A DNA stretch of 63,707 nucleotides, the filler included, from Octopus bimaculoides (Eukaryota): NCBI RefSeq assembly GCF_001194135.2. It is 11 parts of 10 records of this genome, joined end to end, with 100 filler letters (N's around TTAATTAATTAA, not from the genome) between each part and the next. Parts side by side here need not be neighbours in the genome. Positions count along the whole stretch, not along the records: positions 9,590 to 27,573 come from NC_069005.1; positions 27,674 to 31,921 come from NC_068993.1; positions 32,022 to 38,768 come from NC_068986.1; positions 38,869 to 46,886 come from NC_068988.1; 7 more parts are not named here. One strand, given 5' to 3'. The position numbers were made by a program, and so were the translations under genes. The notes below the pieces were generated by a model, which had not been told where the DNA came from, did no database searches, and saw only the letters and a list, made by a program, of their open reading frames with translations. Positions within the stretch are counted from its first letter, which is position 1; each line of letters opens with the position of its first letter. Below, in pieces: positions 27,562 to 41,789 of this stretch.

Positions 27562-29479
27562 TATATATATATANNNNNNNNNNNNNNNNNNNNNNNNNNN
27601 NNNNNNNNNNNNNNNNNTTAATTAATTAANNNNNNNNNNNNNNNNNNNNNNNNNNNNNNNNNNNNNNNNNNNNTATGTATATATATATATATATGTATAT
27701 ATTTAAAGTACAGGTACAATAGAAACAGGAAGAAAGAGCCAGAGAAAGTTGTGGCGAAAGAGTACAGCTGGGTTCGCCACCATCCCCTGCCGGAGCCATG
27801 TGGAACTTTAGGTGTTTTCGCTCAATAAACACGCATAACGCCCGTTCTGGGAATCGAAACCGCGAGCCTATGACCGCGTGTGTGTATGTGTGTGTGTGTG
27901 TGTGTATATTCTAGAATGTTATCCATCTTATGACCGGTAACATTGGATGTATACCTTTGTCACCATGGGTAGTATCACAAAGTATTGCGTACATACCATA
28001 ATTATAGTTTAACTTTTATCAGATTTCTGGAGGCTTATGCAAAATAGTGAAATGACAAGTAAGTTTCTTAGAACTAATACATATACATACATACTCACAT
28101 ATGTATGTATGTATGTATGTATATACACTAGTAGAGATACCCGGCGTTACTTGGGAATAAATTGGCATAGTTTTTTTATTCTTTTACTTGTTTCAGTCAT
28201 GTGACTGCGGCCATGCTGCAGCACCGCCTTTAGTCGAAGAAATAGACCCCAGGATTTATTCTTTGTAAGCCTAGTATTTATTCTACCAGTGTCTTTTGCT
28301 AAACCGCTAAGCTACGGGGTACGTAAACACACCAACATCGTTTGTCAGCCAATGGTAGGGGTATAAACACTGACACGCACAGACACAGATATAAGCATAT
28401 ATACGACAGTCTTCGTTTAGTTTCCGCCTACTGAATCCACTCACAAGACTTTGGTCATCCTGAGGCTATAGTATATAAACACACACATACACATGTATAT
28501 AAACACACACATANNNNNNNNNNNNNNNNNNNNNNNNNNNNNNNNNNNNNNNNNNNNNNNNNNNNNNNNNNNNNNNNNNNNNNNNNNNNNNNNNNNNNNN
28601 NNNNNNNNNNNNNNNNNNNNNNNNNNNNNNNNNNNNNNNNNNNNNNNNNNNNNNNNNNNNNNNNNNNATATATAATTAAAACATAGGGTAAAAATCAGAT
28701 ATTAATTAATATCGATTTATTACCAGGAAGCTAGCACATTGAAAGAATCCGAGAGATTCAGAAAAAATATCTGAGATCTTAGGGGATTAAAGTATATTTT
28801 TATATATATAAAGATGACCAGTAAAGTGGACATTTAATGTGCTAGAAATAGACCACATGTTGTGCCTACTAAGACCTAATAGTTCTCAAAAGAAATTCAG
28901 CGAAATACCAAACCGTAAGCGAGCAAGACAGTGAAAATTACATACATAAAATGTTTCAGTTTTATTCTTTCACTTTTAATTCTAATGTGATGACACTAAG
29001 ACCAACTTATTTTACACATTTACCGTTAAATTACCAGTTCATAATTATCGCAGCAGTTGCAAGGTTGCAAAGTATTTACAGTTACACATTAACCCTTAAA
29101 TTAACATTTAATACATATGCTTAATCTCTATATATAAATTTTTTGTCTCCCTGCCTGTCTGTTCCCAATGCATTCTCAAACGGCTCCACCAAATCAAATC
29201 AAATTTTACAAGTTAATAGTATCACACCTCACGAGTGGCAACATGTAATTTTTTTTCATTTCCAGTAAAACAGTATAGCATTTTATAGAGATAATCTTTC
29301 TATAGTCAAATATAGCACAGGACATTTTTTGTGACGGCGACGCTGACAACGTCATATTTTGTATATGAGTGTGTATGTGTCTGTCAGTGAATGTGTGAGA
29401 GTGTATGAGTGTGCATGTGTCTATCAGTGTGTGTGTGTTTTTGCGTTCGACGACAACGTCACATTTTGTATAGTAATAT

Positions 29480-29880
29480 AATAATAATGAAATTATTGTG
29501 TATAGTGCTCCAGTGCACTACAGCTCATCAAAGGTGTATGTACAGTACATAGAATTATGTACAAGAGTTAGGAAAGTGAATAGTGTATGAGTCCTGATAT
29601 ACATGTGTGCATGCGTATGGAGTGGTGGGTATCAGGTGTAGTGCTGGCTAATTTCAGGAAGCATGGAGGTTTTAAAGGATGCAATGCCTCGGCAACTAAC
29701 AACTGATGCAGGTTCACACTGAATGTGAAAAAATGTTTCCGAAAGTCATAGGAGCTGTGCTCTTTTCTGACAAATGGAGCTCAAAAAAGAACTCAAGGTG
29801 GTTGTTGGTACGATGGTTAACAATTTTGTTGATGTGTACCAAGTCAGTTGCCAGACGTCGGAGCTTCAATGTATGTCTAT
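29480..29880 (-). mobile_element. CR1/L2-like LINE 3' end
   Basis: LKLRRLATDLVHINKIVNH..FFELH; similar to CR1 C-termini (LELRRL..DL..KII). Confidence 0.65.
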
Positions 29881-30510
29881 GTATGTGTGGGTGTATGAGT
29901 GTGTATATGCCTATGTGTGTGTGTTTTCGCATTAGACACGTTATTCAACACACACACACATCTACACATACATATACATATGTGACTACTGACATGCGTG
30001 AATGTAGGACTGTGTGTGTCTCTCTTACTATATAGTATTATACTCCACGACTGTCAACATGTCATTTTTTTTATTTCGATTAAAACATAACATGTCATAC
30101 ACATAATCTTTCTATAGTCTACCATAGTTCAAGGTTGTTTGCGCGTTCGATACGTACGAAATAGTAAATGACATTTTACTATCAGGTGAAATCTCAAGAG
30201 AGAAAAGACATGAGGCTTTCCCAAAACCAGCAAAGGCATGCTGCAGCACTTAAAGCAACGTTTAGAACGCCAGATTACTTAGAGGTTCAATAGAATAGCT
30301 CTCAGAAACAGATCACGTAGAAATTCGTTCTTCATAACACATGGAGCTGCTTTCAGATATGACCATCCCATTCTCATGAGAATGATAATTCTGTCCAAAT
30401 TGGTGTGCTATACTCAAACTGTCGTTTCTACAAAGCTTTAAAATTTACTCCACAAATGTTTTGTCATCAATGCTACAATTTCCCGTATCACCTGTTTCAA
30501 CATAACTATA

Positions 30511-30541
<31 letters not shown>

Positions 30542-31510
30542 NNNNNNNNNNNNNNNNNNNNNNNNNNNNNNNNNNNNNNNNNNNNNNNNNNNNNNNNNNN
30601 NNNNNNNNNNNNNNNNNNNNNNNNNNNNNNNNNNNNNNNNNNNNNNNNNNNNNNNNNNNNNNNNNNNNNNNNNNNNNNNNNNNNNNNNNNNNNNNNNNNN
30701 NNNNNNNNNNNNNNNNNNNNNNNNNNNNNNNNNNNNNNNNNNNNNNNNNNNNNNNNNNNNNNNNNNNNNNNNNNNNNNNNNNNNNNNNNNNNNNNNNNNN
30801 NNNNNNNNNNNNNNNNNNNNNNNNNNNNNNNNNNNNNNNNNNNNNNNNNNNNNNNNNNNNNNNNNNNNNNNNNNNNNNNNNNNNNNNNNNNNNNNNNNNN
30901 NNNNNNNNNNNNNNNNNNNNNNNNNNNNNNNNNNNNNNNNNNNNNNNNNNNNNNNNNNNNNNNNNNNNNNNNNNNNNNNNNNNNNNNNNNNNNNNNNNNN
31001 NNNNNNNNNNNNNNNNNNNNNNNNNNNNNNNNNNNNNNNNNNNNNNNNNNNNNNNNNNNNNNNNNNNNNNNNNNNNNNNNNNNNNNNNNNNNNNNNNNNN
31101 NNNNNNNNNNNNNNNNNNNNNNNNNNNNNNNNNNNNNNNNNNNNNNNNNNNNNNNNNNNNNNNNNNNNNNNNNNNNNNNNNNNNNNNNNNNNNNNNNNNN
31201 NNNNNNNNNNNNNNNNNNNNNNNNNNNNNNNNNNNNNNNNNNNNNNNNNNNNNNNNNNNNNNNNNNNNNNNNNNNNNNNNNNNNNNNNNNNNNNNNNNNN
31301 NNNNNNNNNNNNNNNNNNNNNNNNNNNNNNNNNNNNNNNNNNNNNNNNNNNNNNNNNNNNNNNNNNNNNNNNNNNNNNNNNNNNNNNNNNNNNNNNNNNN
31401 NNNNNNNNNNNNNNNNNNNNNNNNNNNNNNNNNNNNNNNNNNNNNNNNNNNNNNNNNNNNNNNNNNNNNNNNNNNNNNNNNNNNNNNNNNNNNNNNNNNN
31501 NNNNNNNNNN

Positions 31511-31542
<32 letters not shown>

Positions 31543-31813
31543 TATGCTATATAAATACCTACACACATACACATACACACACACATATATATACACACAC
31601 AAACATACGTATTACTTTCTATTCTATCTACAGCTTTCTTTCTCCTTCTTCATTCTCACACCTTAACAAATACCCAAGCACGCACACACACACACGCACT
31701 TGCTATACTCAAATATAGAGTCGCTCCTATAATCGCTGATAGACATGTGTAAAAAATGTTCACCCACGCACACATGCACAAACTTGCTGACCTGTACGCA
31801 GCACACACAAACA

Positions 31814-31851
<38 letters not shown>

Positions 31852-32020
31852 AAGGCACAACTACAGAATATCGCATTCTGCTAGAGTTTATACATCCGAA
31901 AATATTTCGCACAAACACGTCNNNNNNNNNNNNNNNNNNNNNNNNNNNNNNNNNNNNNNNNNNNNTTAATTAATTAANNNNNNNNNNNNNNNNNNNNNNN
32001 NNNNNNNNNNNNNNNNNNNN

Positions 32021-32375
32021 NATTTCCATCATCTTGAACAGAGCTTCCCAGGTAGACAAATGAATTTACAACCTCAAGTAACTTTCCCTTAACAAAAATT
32101 TTAGGGAGGTTACAAACAGCACCATACGCAGGTTGATACATCACAACTGTTTTTTTCAGATTGATGGTCAGGCATCAAATGCAGATACAAGGGATTGCAG
32201 ACCCGATTCAGAATGACTAACCAGATCACAATCGTCAGCATACAAAATTTCCCTAATAAGTGAAGTAAAAACCTTCGTTTTAAACTTCAGTCGGGTCAAA
32301 TTAAAAACATTCCCCGTTGTTCGATATTTTATGTAAATACCCTCCTCAGAGTTTTGAAAGGAATGTGACACCACA
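32021..32375 (-). mobile_element. RTE/BovB-like RT fragment
   Basis: GNVFNLTRLKFKTKV..IREILYADDCDLVSHSESGLQSL..KTVVMYQP..LEVVNSFVYLGS (YADD motif). Confidence 0.85.
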
Positions 32376-32459
32376 ACGGCAATATATGTATATATATACA
32401 TACACACACACACACATATATATATATAAATGTATGCGTATTTTATCAATGTGTACAAA

Positions 32460-33550
32460 TAGCAAGGAAAAAAAAAAATAGTTACCAGGGTAGCAAAAAT
32501 TCACATAAGTGCCAAGGATATTATAGCCTACTTATAAAGATGGAAATTCCAGGGTTAAGTGAAATTTTTTTGTATAACATAGATAAATTAAAGAATGGAG
32601 TTAAACGTTATTCAAATCTTTATACTTCCAACATATGTTTTGAAGAAAATACTGATGTTATTCTAAAGGAAATAAAAACCTTTCACAAATCATCTCTTCA
32701 CATAACAACAAGTTATTAAATACAAATCCACTTAATGAAAATAATAACATTGATATTATTAATGTTAACCATTCTTTGAACAATAATAACAACAATATTA
32801 ATATTTATGATATAAATTTGAATCATATTAATTTCCTTAGCAGTAATTCTAAGACTAGAAACTCTGTTTATCAATGTAAAATTACTTCTAGTTGTGATGT
32901 CTTTTTTTACATAGGTAGTTCATTGTCTGAGTAGTCAAAAAGAATATCTAACCATTACTCTACATTCAGACATATCAATAAACACAACAATACTGGGCTT
33001 AGTAAATTTGGTCTCTAAAGGAACATAATAAACAATTTCATTTGGAATGGAATATTCTATCTACATCCTTCCCATGTGATAAAGTTAAATCTTTGTTTCC
33101 ACTCTGTAATGAAGAAAAATTTCTCATCCTGTTCTTGGAGAATTCTCTTGTAAATACATTTAAAGAATACATTTATTGTTGCAAGCATTGGCAAAAATAT
33201 ACCTTTAGTTCCTATAAGTAATTTCTACCAATCTATAAAATCCGACCTTTCATTGTCTTCTTACATTTCATTTCTACTACATGTAGCCATTTCCATGCTT
33301 TTAAGCTTTATTCCCATTCATCTATCACACTAATTTCTCCACTCTTAATTTTCTGTTAATTTCTTTCTTTCTTCTCCTCTTTCTCTAAATTGACTTTGGC
33401 GTTAAATCTGTTAACGGGTTTTTAAAAAATAACTTCCCAGTGTTCCCCTTCATCATATACGTGGTAACCACATTCAGTTAAAATGGCTTATTGATGTGTT
33501 TTGTTTCTCTATTTTTCTCTGACGTTCATTTGACAAAAAATTCACCAAGA
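32460..33550 (-). mobile_element. Possible highly decayed LINE (L1/Tx1-like) remnant
   Basis: Strand-asymmetric, coding-like AT-rich sequence with broken frames; no decisive motif read. Confidence 0.25.
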
Positions 33551-33615
33551 TGGTGTCTGATGACTGAAACAAGTGAAAGATAAAGATAATATATATATAA
33601 ATAGATTATAATATT

Positions 33616-33681
<66 letters not shown>

Positions 33682-33999
33682 ATATTACATTTTATTTTTT
33701 AATTCATCTCATTAATCCTTGCACTTATTCTGTGAAACTCTGTTGCCAAAATACTAAATTATGGGGATGAAAAACAGCAACACCAGCTGTCATGTGGTGG
33801 AGGAAAGATACAGATGCAAAGACTCACACACACAAACACATACATACTACAGGATTCAGTTACTGTCTACTAAATCCACTAGCAAGGCTTTCGTTTGCCC
33901 AAGAATGACACCAAGGGTCCACACAGTGGGATTGAACCTGGAAACGTCTTTGAGAAGCAAACTGCTTCCCACCTTCCTACACAGCCATGCCTGTGCTTT

Positions 34000-34033
<34 letters not shown>

Positions 34034-34778
34034 TCATCATTCTCGTTTAACGTCCGCTTTCAATGCTAGCATGGGTTGGACGATTTGACTGAAGACTGGT
34101 GAACCGGATGGCTACACCAGGCTCCAATCTGATTTGGCAGAGTTTCTACAGCTGGTTCCATTTCCTAATGCCGGTGATAATGATGATGATGATGATGATG
34201 ATAATAACAACAACAACAATGTTGTTATCGTTGTTGTTGTTGTTATCATCATCATCATCATTATCACTGTTATTGCTACTAGAATATTAACAACTCCTAT
34301 GAAATGAACTTCCACATAAACCCATCCAAAATATACAGAACTGACACGCACACACTCAGCAAAATTTTTTTAAAATACATAAACAGCCTCAAAACACAGC
34401 AGATAGCTTTGGTACCAGAGACTATGTACGTAGGAGAATGCCTGTGTATACATATTTGTATACGTATACGTATGTGTGAGGGGATAGATGGATATATACA
34501 CACGTGTACTCACATATATATATATGATCTTGAATCATTGGACATCTAAGTATGGTTATGCACACGGACTTACATATTGGTGTGTCTATAGCTATTTGTA
34601 TGACCTCATGTACTGTTTGTAGGCTTTTTATTTGCATTATATTTTTATATTTTTATATTTTTATATTTTATATTTTCATTTATTTATTTTATTCTTGCTG
34701 TACCCTTATTTTTATTTTTTATTTTTATTTCATTTTTGTTTTTATCTCTTACTGTATATTTGTATGGAATTTTTTGTG

Positions 34779-34907
34779 AATCTCTGAAGAGGCCTAGCAA
34801 ATCGTGCATGTACCCCCATTTCAGCATTTCATCCGCTAATTACTCCGGCAGGAGCTATTTGGATAGAATGGGGCATGCCAACGCTAGGCCGAAACAGCTG
34901 TAAGTTT
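34779..34907 (+). ncRNA. Type I hammerhead motif with long stem II insert (family C)
   Basis: CTGAAGA 34784-90; stem II GGCCTAGC/GCTAGGCC (8 bp) around an 84-nt insert; GAAA 34891-94; palindromic ACAGCTGT stem III; GUA ending 34902; stem I 4 of 5 pairs. Confidence 0.6.
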
Positions 34908-35458
34908 ATGTTTATTCTCAAATTCCTTATGTACTTTTATTTGTAAACCCGGTTGTCAATATAACATGGTTTGTCATAAACACTTGTACTTTGTGGTTTT
35001 TTTGTCACTTTAGTTACAAATTAAGTTAATTAATTCAACAGGATACNNNNNNNNNNNNNNNNNNNNNNNNNNNNNNNNNNNNNNNNNNNNNNNNNNNNNN
35101 NNNNNNNNNNNNNNNNNNNNNNNNNNNNNNNNNNNNNNNNNNNNNNNNNNNNNNNNNNNNNNNNNNNNNNNNNNNNNNNNNNNNNNNNNNNNNNNNNNNN
35201 NNNNNNNNNNNNNNNNNNNNNNNNNNNNNNNNNNNNNNNNNNNNNNNNNNNNNNNNNNNNNNNNNNNNNNNNNNNNNNNNNNNNNNNNNNNNNNNNNNNN
35301 NNNNNNNNNNNNNNNNNNNNNNNNNNNNNNNNNNNNNNNNNNNNNNNNNNNNNNNNNNNNNNNNNNNNNNNNNNNNNNNNNNNNNNNNNNNNNNNNNNNN
35401 NNNNNNNNNNNNNNNNNNNNNNNNNNNNNNNNNNNNNNNNNNNNNNNNNNNNNNNNNN

Positions 35459-35742
35459 GATGCAGTTTGGTTTTGTGCCATGTAGAAGCAGCACCACTGA
35501 TGCTATATTTCTGGTAAGACAGCTTTAGGAGAAATACCTAGCCAAGGATAAACCTCTGTATCTGGCTTTCGTTGACATGGAGAAAGCCTTTGACAGGGTT
35601 CCCCTGCTCCCTTATCTGGTGGTCAATGATGAAACTAGGGATAGATGAGTGGTTAGTAAGAGCTGTGCAAGCAATGTACAGGGACGCTGTCAGAAAGGTG
35701 AGGGTTGGCAACGAGTACAGTGAAGAATTCCGGGTAGAGGCA
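35459..35742 (+). mobile_element. Second copy of the same RTE-like RT segment
   Basis: Near-identical to about 37295-37500 (QFGFVP..STTDAIF..DMEKAFDRVP..SMMKLGIDEWLVRAVQAMYRDA). Confidence 0.85.
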
Positions 35743-36357
35743 GTGAGCACATATGTACATGTGTGTATATATACTTATCATTGTGTATGCATATATGCAT
35801 CTAAGCACGAACACAAAACGAAGTTTTGTCTAAATATTATCTTCCTTTTAACTTCTACTTCCTTTTCTTTCTCTTATCAGTTACAACAGCGAAAACTGAT
35901 TACGGCATTTTCTCTAAACTACAATGTATACTTTCCCCATTTCATATTTGTATTTTTTGCGTTTCAATAATTTTTCTCTCATTTAACTCATTCTCAAATT
36001 TGATGGACATATAGCAGTACATAAGGTGGCTCAAGAAATCTCTTGTCAGACTTTTTATCGATGTACCTGAAAAGACGCAGAATGGATCGAAACATGTGTT
36101 GTACCCAATAAAGTCTATTACAAATTCTATCTCCTATTTTATTAATACTGTTACCCCAAATGCCACTATGAAGTCACTGCAGTAAATCTATGGATAACAA
36201 CAGGTAATCGAAACTGCAGGTGCATTACTCATCATCCACTTTTACATTTTGTATAATTTCTCCATTACATATATTTATATATATATATACACACACATAC
36301 ACACATACATAAATATATATATATATGCATGTATGTGTATATGTACATCTGCACATA

Positions 36358-36391
<34 letters not shown>

Positions 36392-36394
<3 letters not shown>

Positions 36395-37625
36395 GTCTGG
36401 AAGCTTAAAGATCCTGCGAATGGATAGAGAAGCCTTTGATGAAATAGAAGGGGATATAGCTTCACACGATGCAGAAGACAACTGGAGGCTTCTACGAGAC
36501 AACCTGCTGAGGGCCACTGACCAGATCTGTGGATGGTGCAAAGTCACCTCTCGACCCAAAATAATGTGGTGGTGGAACAATGTGGTTGACAGAGCTATTA
36601 GACAAAAGAAACAGGCTTGGAAGGGCTGGAAGAATGGTGGTAGCAGGGAATTGTATCAGACTGCCAGAAGGGAAGCTAGGTGACAGGTTTATTTAGCCAG
36701 AGGGGAAGCAGATAAGAAAAAAATTGCCAATGTTCTGTGCCGTGAGGACCAAAGACTTGAGGTATTTTGTGTTGCAAGACAGTGTAGGAGAGAGAATAGT
36801 GATGTCATAGGAGAGAAATGTGTTCGCATGGATGATGGTACACTTGCACTAAACGAGGCTGCAAAGAGAGACGTTTGGAGACGCCACTATGAAAGGCTGC
36901 TCAATAAAGAAAATAAAAGAGAGAAAGAGAGTCTGTTGAATGTCGACCCAACAGAAGGACCAATTATCCGAGTTGACAGTAACTTGGTAAATGAAGCGAT
37001 CAAGAGTATGAAGAGAGGGAAAGCCCCCGGCCCATCAGGAATCACTGCAGAGATGCTCAAAATATCTGGCAGTGTCGGCTATAGCCTAGTCACCCATATA
37101 GTTAACCAGGTAATACACGAAGGAGTTATACCCAATGACCGGTGTAGCAGTACCATAGTCAACTGCTGCAAAGGTAAAGGTGATGCTTTAGATACAAATA
37201 ATTACGGAGGTATCAAGTTGTTGGATCAGGTAATGAAAGTCACGGAGCAGGTCATAGCCCAACTAATTGAGGAGAGAGTCAGTTTAGATGAGATGCAGTT
37301 TGGGTTTGTGCCAGGGAAAAGCACCACTGATGCTATATTTCTGGCAAGACAGCTGCAGGAGAAATACCTAGCCTAAGATAAACCTCTGTACCTGGTTTTC
37401 ATTGACATGGAGAAAGCTTTTGACAGGGTACCCCATTCCCTTATCTGGTGGTCAATGAGGAAACTAGAGATAGAAGAATGGTTAGTGAGAGCTGTGCGAG
37501 TCATGTACTAGAATCAAAGGGCCTTAGAGTCAAGCTAGCTAAAACCAAAGTCCTAATAAGTAAGAAGGTAGACAAAACACAAACCCCTTCAGGTAGATGG
37601 CCCTGCTCGATCTGTAGAAAAGGCA
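36392..37625 (+). mobile_element. RTE/RTE-X-like LINE reverse transcriptase fragment (pseudogenised)
   Basis: WWWNNVVDRAIRQKKQAWK..; KAPGPSGITAEMLK; YGGIKLLDQVMKV; QFGFVPGKSTTDAIF..RQLQEKY..FIDMEKAFDRVP; stops and internal deletion. Confidence 0.9.
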
Positions 37626-38156
37626 TAGTATGGTTGGACGATTTGACTGAGGACTGGCGAACCAGATGGCTGCACCAGGCTCCAATCTGATCTGGCAGAG
37701 TTTCTACAGCTGGATGCNNNNNNNNNNNNNNNNNNNNNNNNNNNNNNNNNNNNNNNNNNNNNNNNNNNNNNNNNNNNNNNNNNNNNNNNNNNNNNNNNNN
37801 NNNNNNNNNNNNNNNNNNNNNNNNNNNNNNNNNNNNNNNNNNNNNNNNNNNNNNNNNNNNNNNNNNNNNNNNNNNNNNNNNNNNNNNNNNNNNNNNNNNN
37901 NNNNNNNNNNNNNNNNNNNNNNNNNNNNNNNNNNNNNNNNNNNNNNNNNNNNNNNNNNNNNNNNNNNNNNNNNNNNNNNNNNNNNNNNNNNNNNNNNNNN
38001 NNNNNNNNNNNNNNNNNNNNNNNNNNNNNNNNNNNNNNNNNNNNNNNNNNNNNNNNNNNNNNNNNNNNNNNNNNNNNNNNNNNNNNNNNNNNNNNNNNNN
38101 NNNNNNNNNNNNNNNNNNNNNNNNNNNNNNNNNNNNNNNNNNNNNNNNNNNNNATA

Positions 38157-38258
<102 letters not shown>

Positions 38259-38694
38259 TTGTGTGTCTGTGTTCATGCCCCCACCATTGCTTGACAACTG
38301 ATGTTGGTGTGTTTATGTTCCTGTAAGTTAGCGGTTAAACAAAAGAGACTGATGGAATAAGTACCAGGCTTACAAAGAATAAGTCCGGGGGTCGATTTGT
38401 TCGACTAAAGGTGGTGCTCCATCATGGTTACAATCCAATGACTGAAACAAGTAACAGAATAAAAGAATATATATATTTCAGCCATTTCCTTGTTTCACTC
38501 ATTTGAATGTAGCCATGCTGGAGCACCATCTTCAATCAAACAAATCGACCCCAGGACTTTTTCTTTGTAAGCCTAGTACTTATTCTATCACACTCTTTTG
38601 CCAAACCAGTAGGTTAGCGGGACGTAAACACACCAACATCGGTTGTCAAGCAATGGTGGGAGGTCAAGTACAGAAACACACACAAATACATACA

Positions 38695-38768
<74 letters not shown>

Positions 38769-40589
38769 NNNNNNNNNNNNNNNNNNNNNNNNNNNNNNNN
38801 NNNNNNNNNNNNTTAATTAATTAANNNNNNNNNNNNNNNNNNNNNNNNNNNNNNNNNNNNNNNNNNNNAAGAGTGAGAGAAAGTTGTGATGAAAGAGTAC
38901 AGCAGGGTTCACCACCATCCCCTGCTGGAGCCTCATGGAGCTTTTAGGTGTTCTTGCTCTATAAACACTCACAACACCCGGTCTGGGAATCGAAACCGCA
39001 ATCCTATGACCGCGAGTCCACTGCCCTAAACACTAGGCCATTGCGCCTCCACTGAGAGAAGTGTCTATGTGAGTTAGAAAGATCAAATGATCTCAATGAA
39101 GTGCTAACAGTATTTCCATCTTTCCTTCTTTCTCTTTTCTTTTCTTTTTTTTTTATAAATGACCTTGGAAGGATAGAAAGACAAAATCACCCCCCATTAA
39201 GATTTAAACCTTGAATAATGTGGTTGGGAACAAGATACAGGAAAGCATATGATTTGGTATTTTTTGTATGGGACATCTTCATTCCTTCTGGAAAAAAGAT
39301 GAACGTGGCTGTGTGGACAGATGTTTACTTCCCAGCTATATGGTTCTGGGTTCAGCCCCACTGCATGGCACTTTGGGCAAGTGTCTGCTACTATAATCTC
39401 AGGCTGACCTAAGCCTTGTGAGTGAATTTTGTAGATGGAAAATGAAAGAAGCCCATAGAGTGTGGGCTTCTTTCTTTCTGTCTGTGTCTCCCACCAGCTC
39501 TTGACAACTATTGTTGGTGTCGATTCATTCGACTAAAAATTCTTCAAGGCGGTGCCCCAGCATGGCCGCAGTCTCATGACTGAAACAAGTAAAAAATAAA
39601 AGATAGACTACAACATAGCAACAACAGACAACAACAACAGCAACATCTGCTTCGTCCTTAATATCTGGTATGTCAGTAAAAGTTAATTAATTGAACCCAC
39701 TCCCAATGTTCTGGTGAGGGCAACCGTTGGGATCGTATTAACACAATTTTGAAACGGCTGACAACGAAGTAGCCCCCACCTGGACCGCTGACAACTAACA
39801 CCCGCAATACAATACGGCAACAAGCCAGTCTCAACGTGGTACTCTACCCCAACAGCTCATCTGTGATGTCATCATAGCTGTTGGCTTTTATTTATTCTAC
39901 TGCACAGTGCTTATCAAGTTTCGGTAAATGCTTCCCAACCATCTAGTTTCCTCCCATCAAGCTGACTAGCCTGGTCCCTCAGGGCAAACAGTGCAGTCAT
40001 GAACAACTCAGACTTCGTTACAGAGCCTTTTGTTGCTGTTGCTGTTGTTGTTGTAAATCAGTTGTCTACTCGAAGTAGTTGTAATGTGAGGTCCTTACGT
40101 GACTTTAGAAACAAGGAGGGGACACCAACGTAAACAGCTCGAACAGCCACTGTGGCTTATTAATGGAAATATAAACAATGGTTACTTACGAACTTCCCTG
40201 TCAGAGTCCGCACAGATTTGGAAGTCTTACGTCGCTCGCTCCCGGAATTTATACATACATGTACCAATTAGCAAGAGCATGTACGTATGAGACTATTCAT
40301 ATGAGAGGAGACACACATTCTCTCTCGCTCTCCCTTTCTCTCTCTCTCTCTCGCGCGCACGAAACACAAACTCAATATATACTTTCACGCAAACATATAT
40401 ACGCAAGGCTTTTCTCAAATTCAAATTATGACATTGTTTATTATCTACTGATGGAGTTTTTTTTATCTTTGTTAGAAACGAAATCCTTACAGGAAGATTT
40501 CAAATAATTTGAAAAGATAAAAGAACATACGTACATTCATACATGCGTACATACATACATACATACGTACATACATACATACATACATA

Positions 40590-41085
40590 CAACTTGATAA
40601 GCACACAATGCTAAAGATCAACGAAAAAATACCTATGCTGAACCATTGAGGAATCTACAGTTACTCTATCCAGATTACAAGTTCAGGTTTATACCTGTAA
40701 TTATTGGGGCACTGGGATATGTAACACACTGCCTAAATACCCATCTTGAGAAATTAGGCTCCTCAAAACTAGAAAGGAGAAAGATGATTCAAAGACTACA
40801 GATCCAAGCCATCACTGGAACTGTAAAAATCTGTAAAACTTTCCAGAAGTTTATCATTTGAATATATATGAGCATGTCTAGATATGCAACTATATGTATG
40901 AGAATATATACAGAAAACAAAACAGACAAATCTGCACTTATACATATATACATGCATACAAAAATACCCTGTTGATGTTGTTGAAATTCTAATGAAGGAG
41001 CCTTGGATCTAGATTAGAAACTGACTCTTTCTCTGTTGACAATAAATCTTGAAATAAAACTGAATACTAACATACATAGAATGTA
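40590..41085 (+). mobile_element. R4/Dong-like (RLE) non-LTR retrotransposon 3' end with UTR
   Basis: RNLQLLYPDYKFRFIPVIIGALGYV..LQIQAITGTVKICKTFQKFII*. Confidence 0.75.
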
Positions 41086-41087
41086 CT

Positions 41088-41252
41088 TATCATCAAAGGG
41101 GCATTAGGTTATGTACTAACACATTTGCACAAACACCTAGGAATACTCAGTCTCAAAGAAAAAGGTCAAAAGAAACTGATGCAGATTCTCCAAATCCAAT
41201 CTATTAGTGGCACAGTGAAGAGTGATAGGGCATTCCAAAATTTCTCCATATG
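41088..41252 (+). mobile_element. Older R4/Dong-like 3' relic adjacent to the previous copy
   Basis: IIKGALGYV..LQIQSISGTVKS..FQNF. Confidence 0.55.
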
Positions 41253-41789
41253 AGATTCTTTTGTGAATGGATGCAAACACTTGGATGTATATATCAACAG
41301 TTCAACCAACGCACAAACTCGACCACTTATTTACAAACATTGAGAACTCTCTTAAGTCAAAATGTCTTATCACTTTGTTGGCAACCAGTTCAAACTCTTT
41401 CAAAAAGAACTTAAATTAAACTCAAAGGAAAATCATAAATATGAGGATTACACCAAAAGTAAGACAAAAGTGGACATGACTCTTTTATTAACTGGCACGG
41501 GTCGTTCAAATTTATTAATAGAATATTTTTCCATATAAAAACACAACTCAACATTACAAGGGATGCTTATGCACCTAATTTGTTGAACCTTGTGTGAAAA
41601 AAATTCAGCGTTGCACTGTTGTATCCACTTCTTCACAGATGTAGTTAAGGCCTAAAATTGAAACCTCACAGCTTGGATAACTAGTCCCAGACCACATTTG
41701 AGTTACGCAATGTGACCTGATTACCAACCACTTACTTGATAGAAATATTACCCCTTATCATAGAATGTTCTATGAAGTTCCTGTGTTTT

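Noticed and set aside
28022-28060. ag|ATTTCTGGAGGCTTATGC...AA|gtaagt, resembling PTEN exon 3 (FLE..) or an HFW motif
   Set aside because: The FLE frame has stops, and the position and phase do not fit PTEN exon 3 or exon 8.
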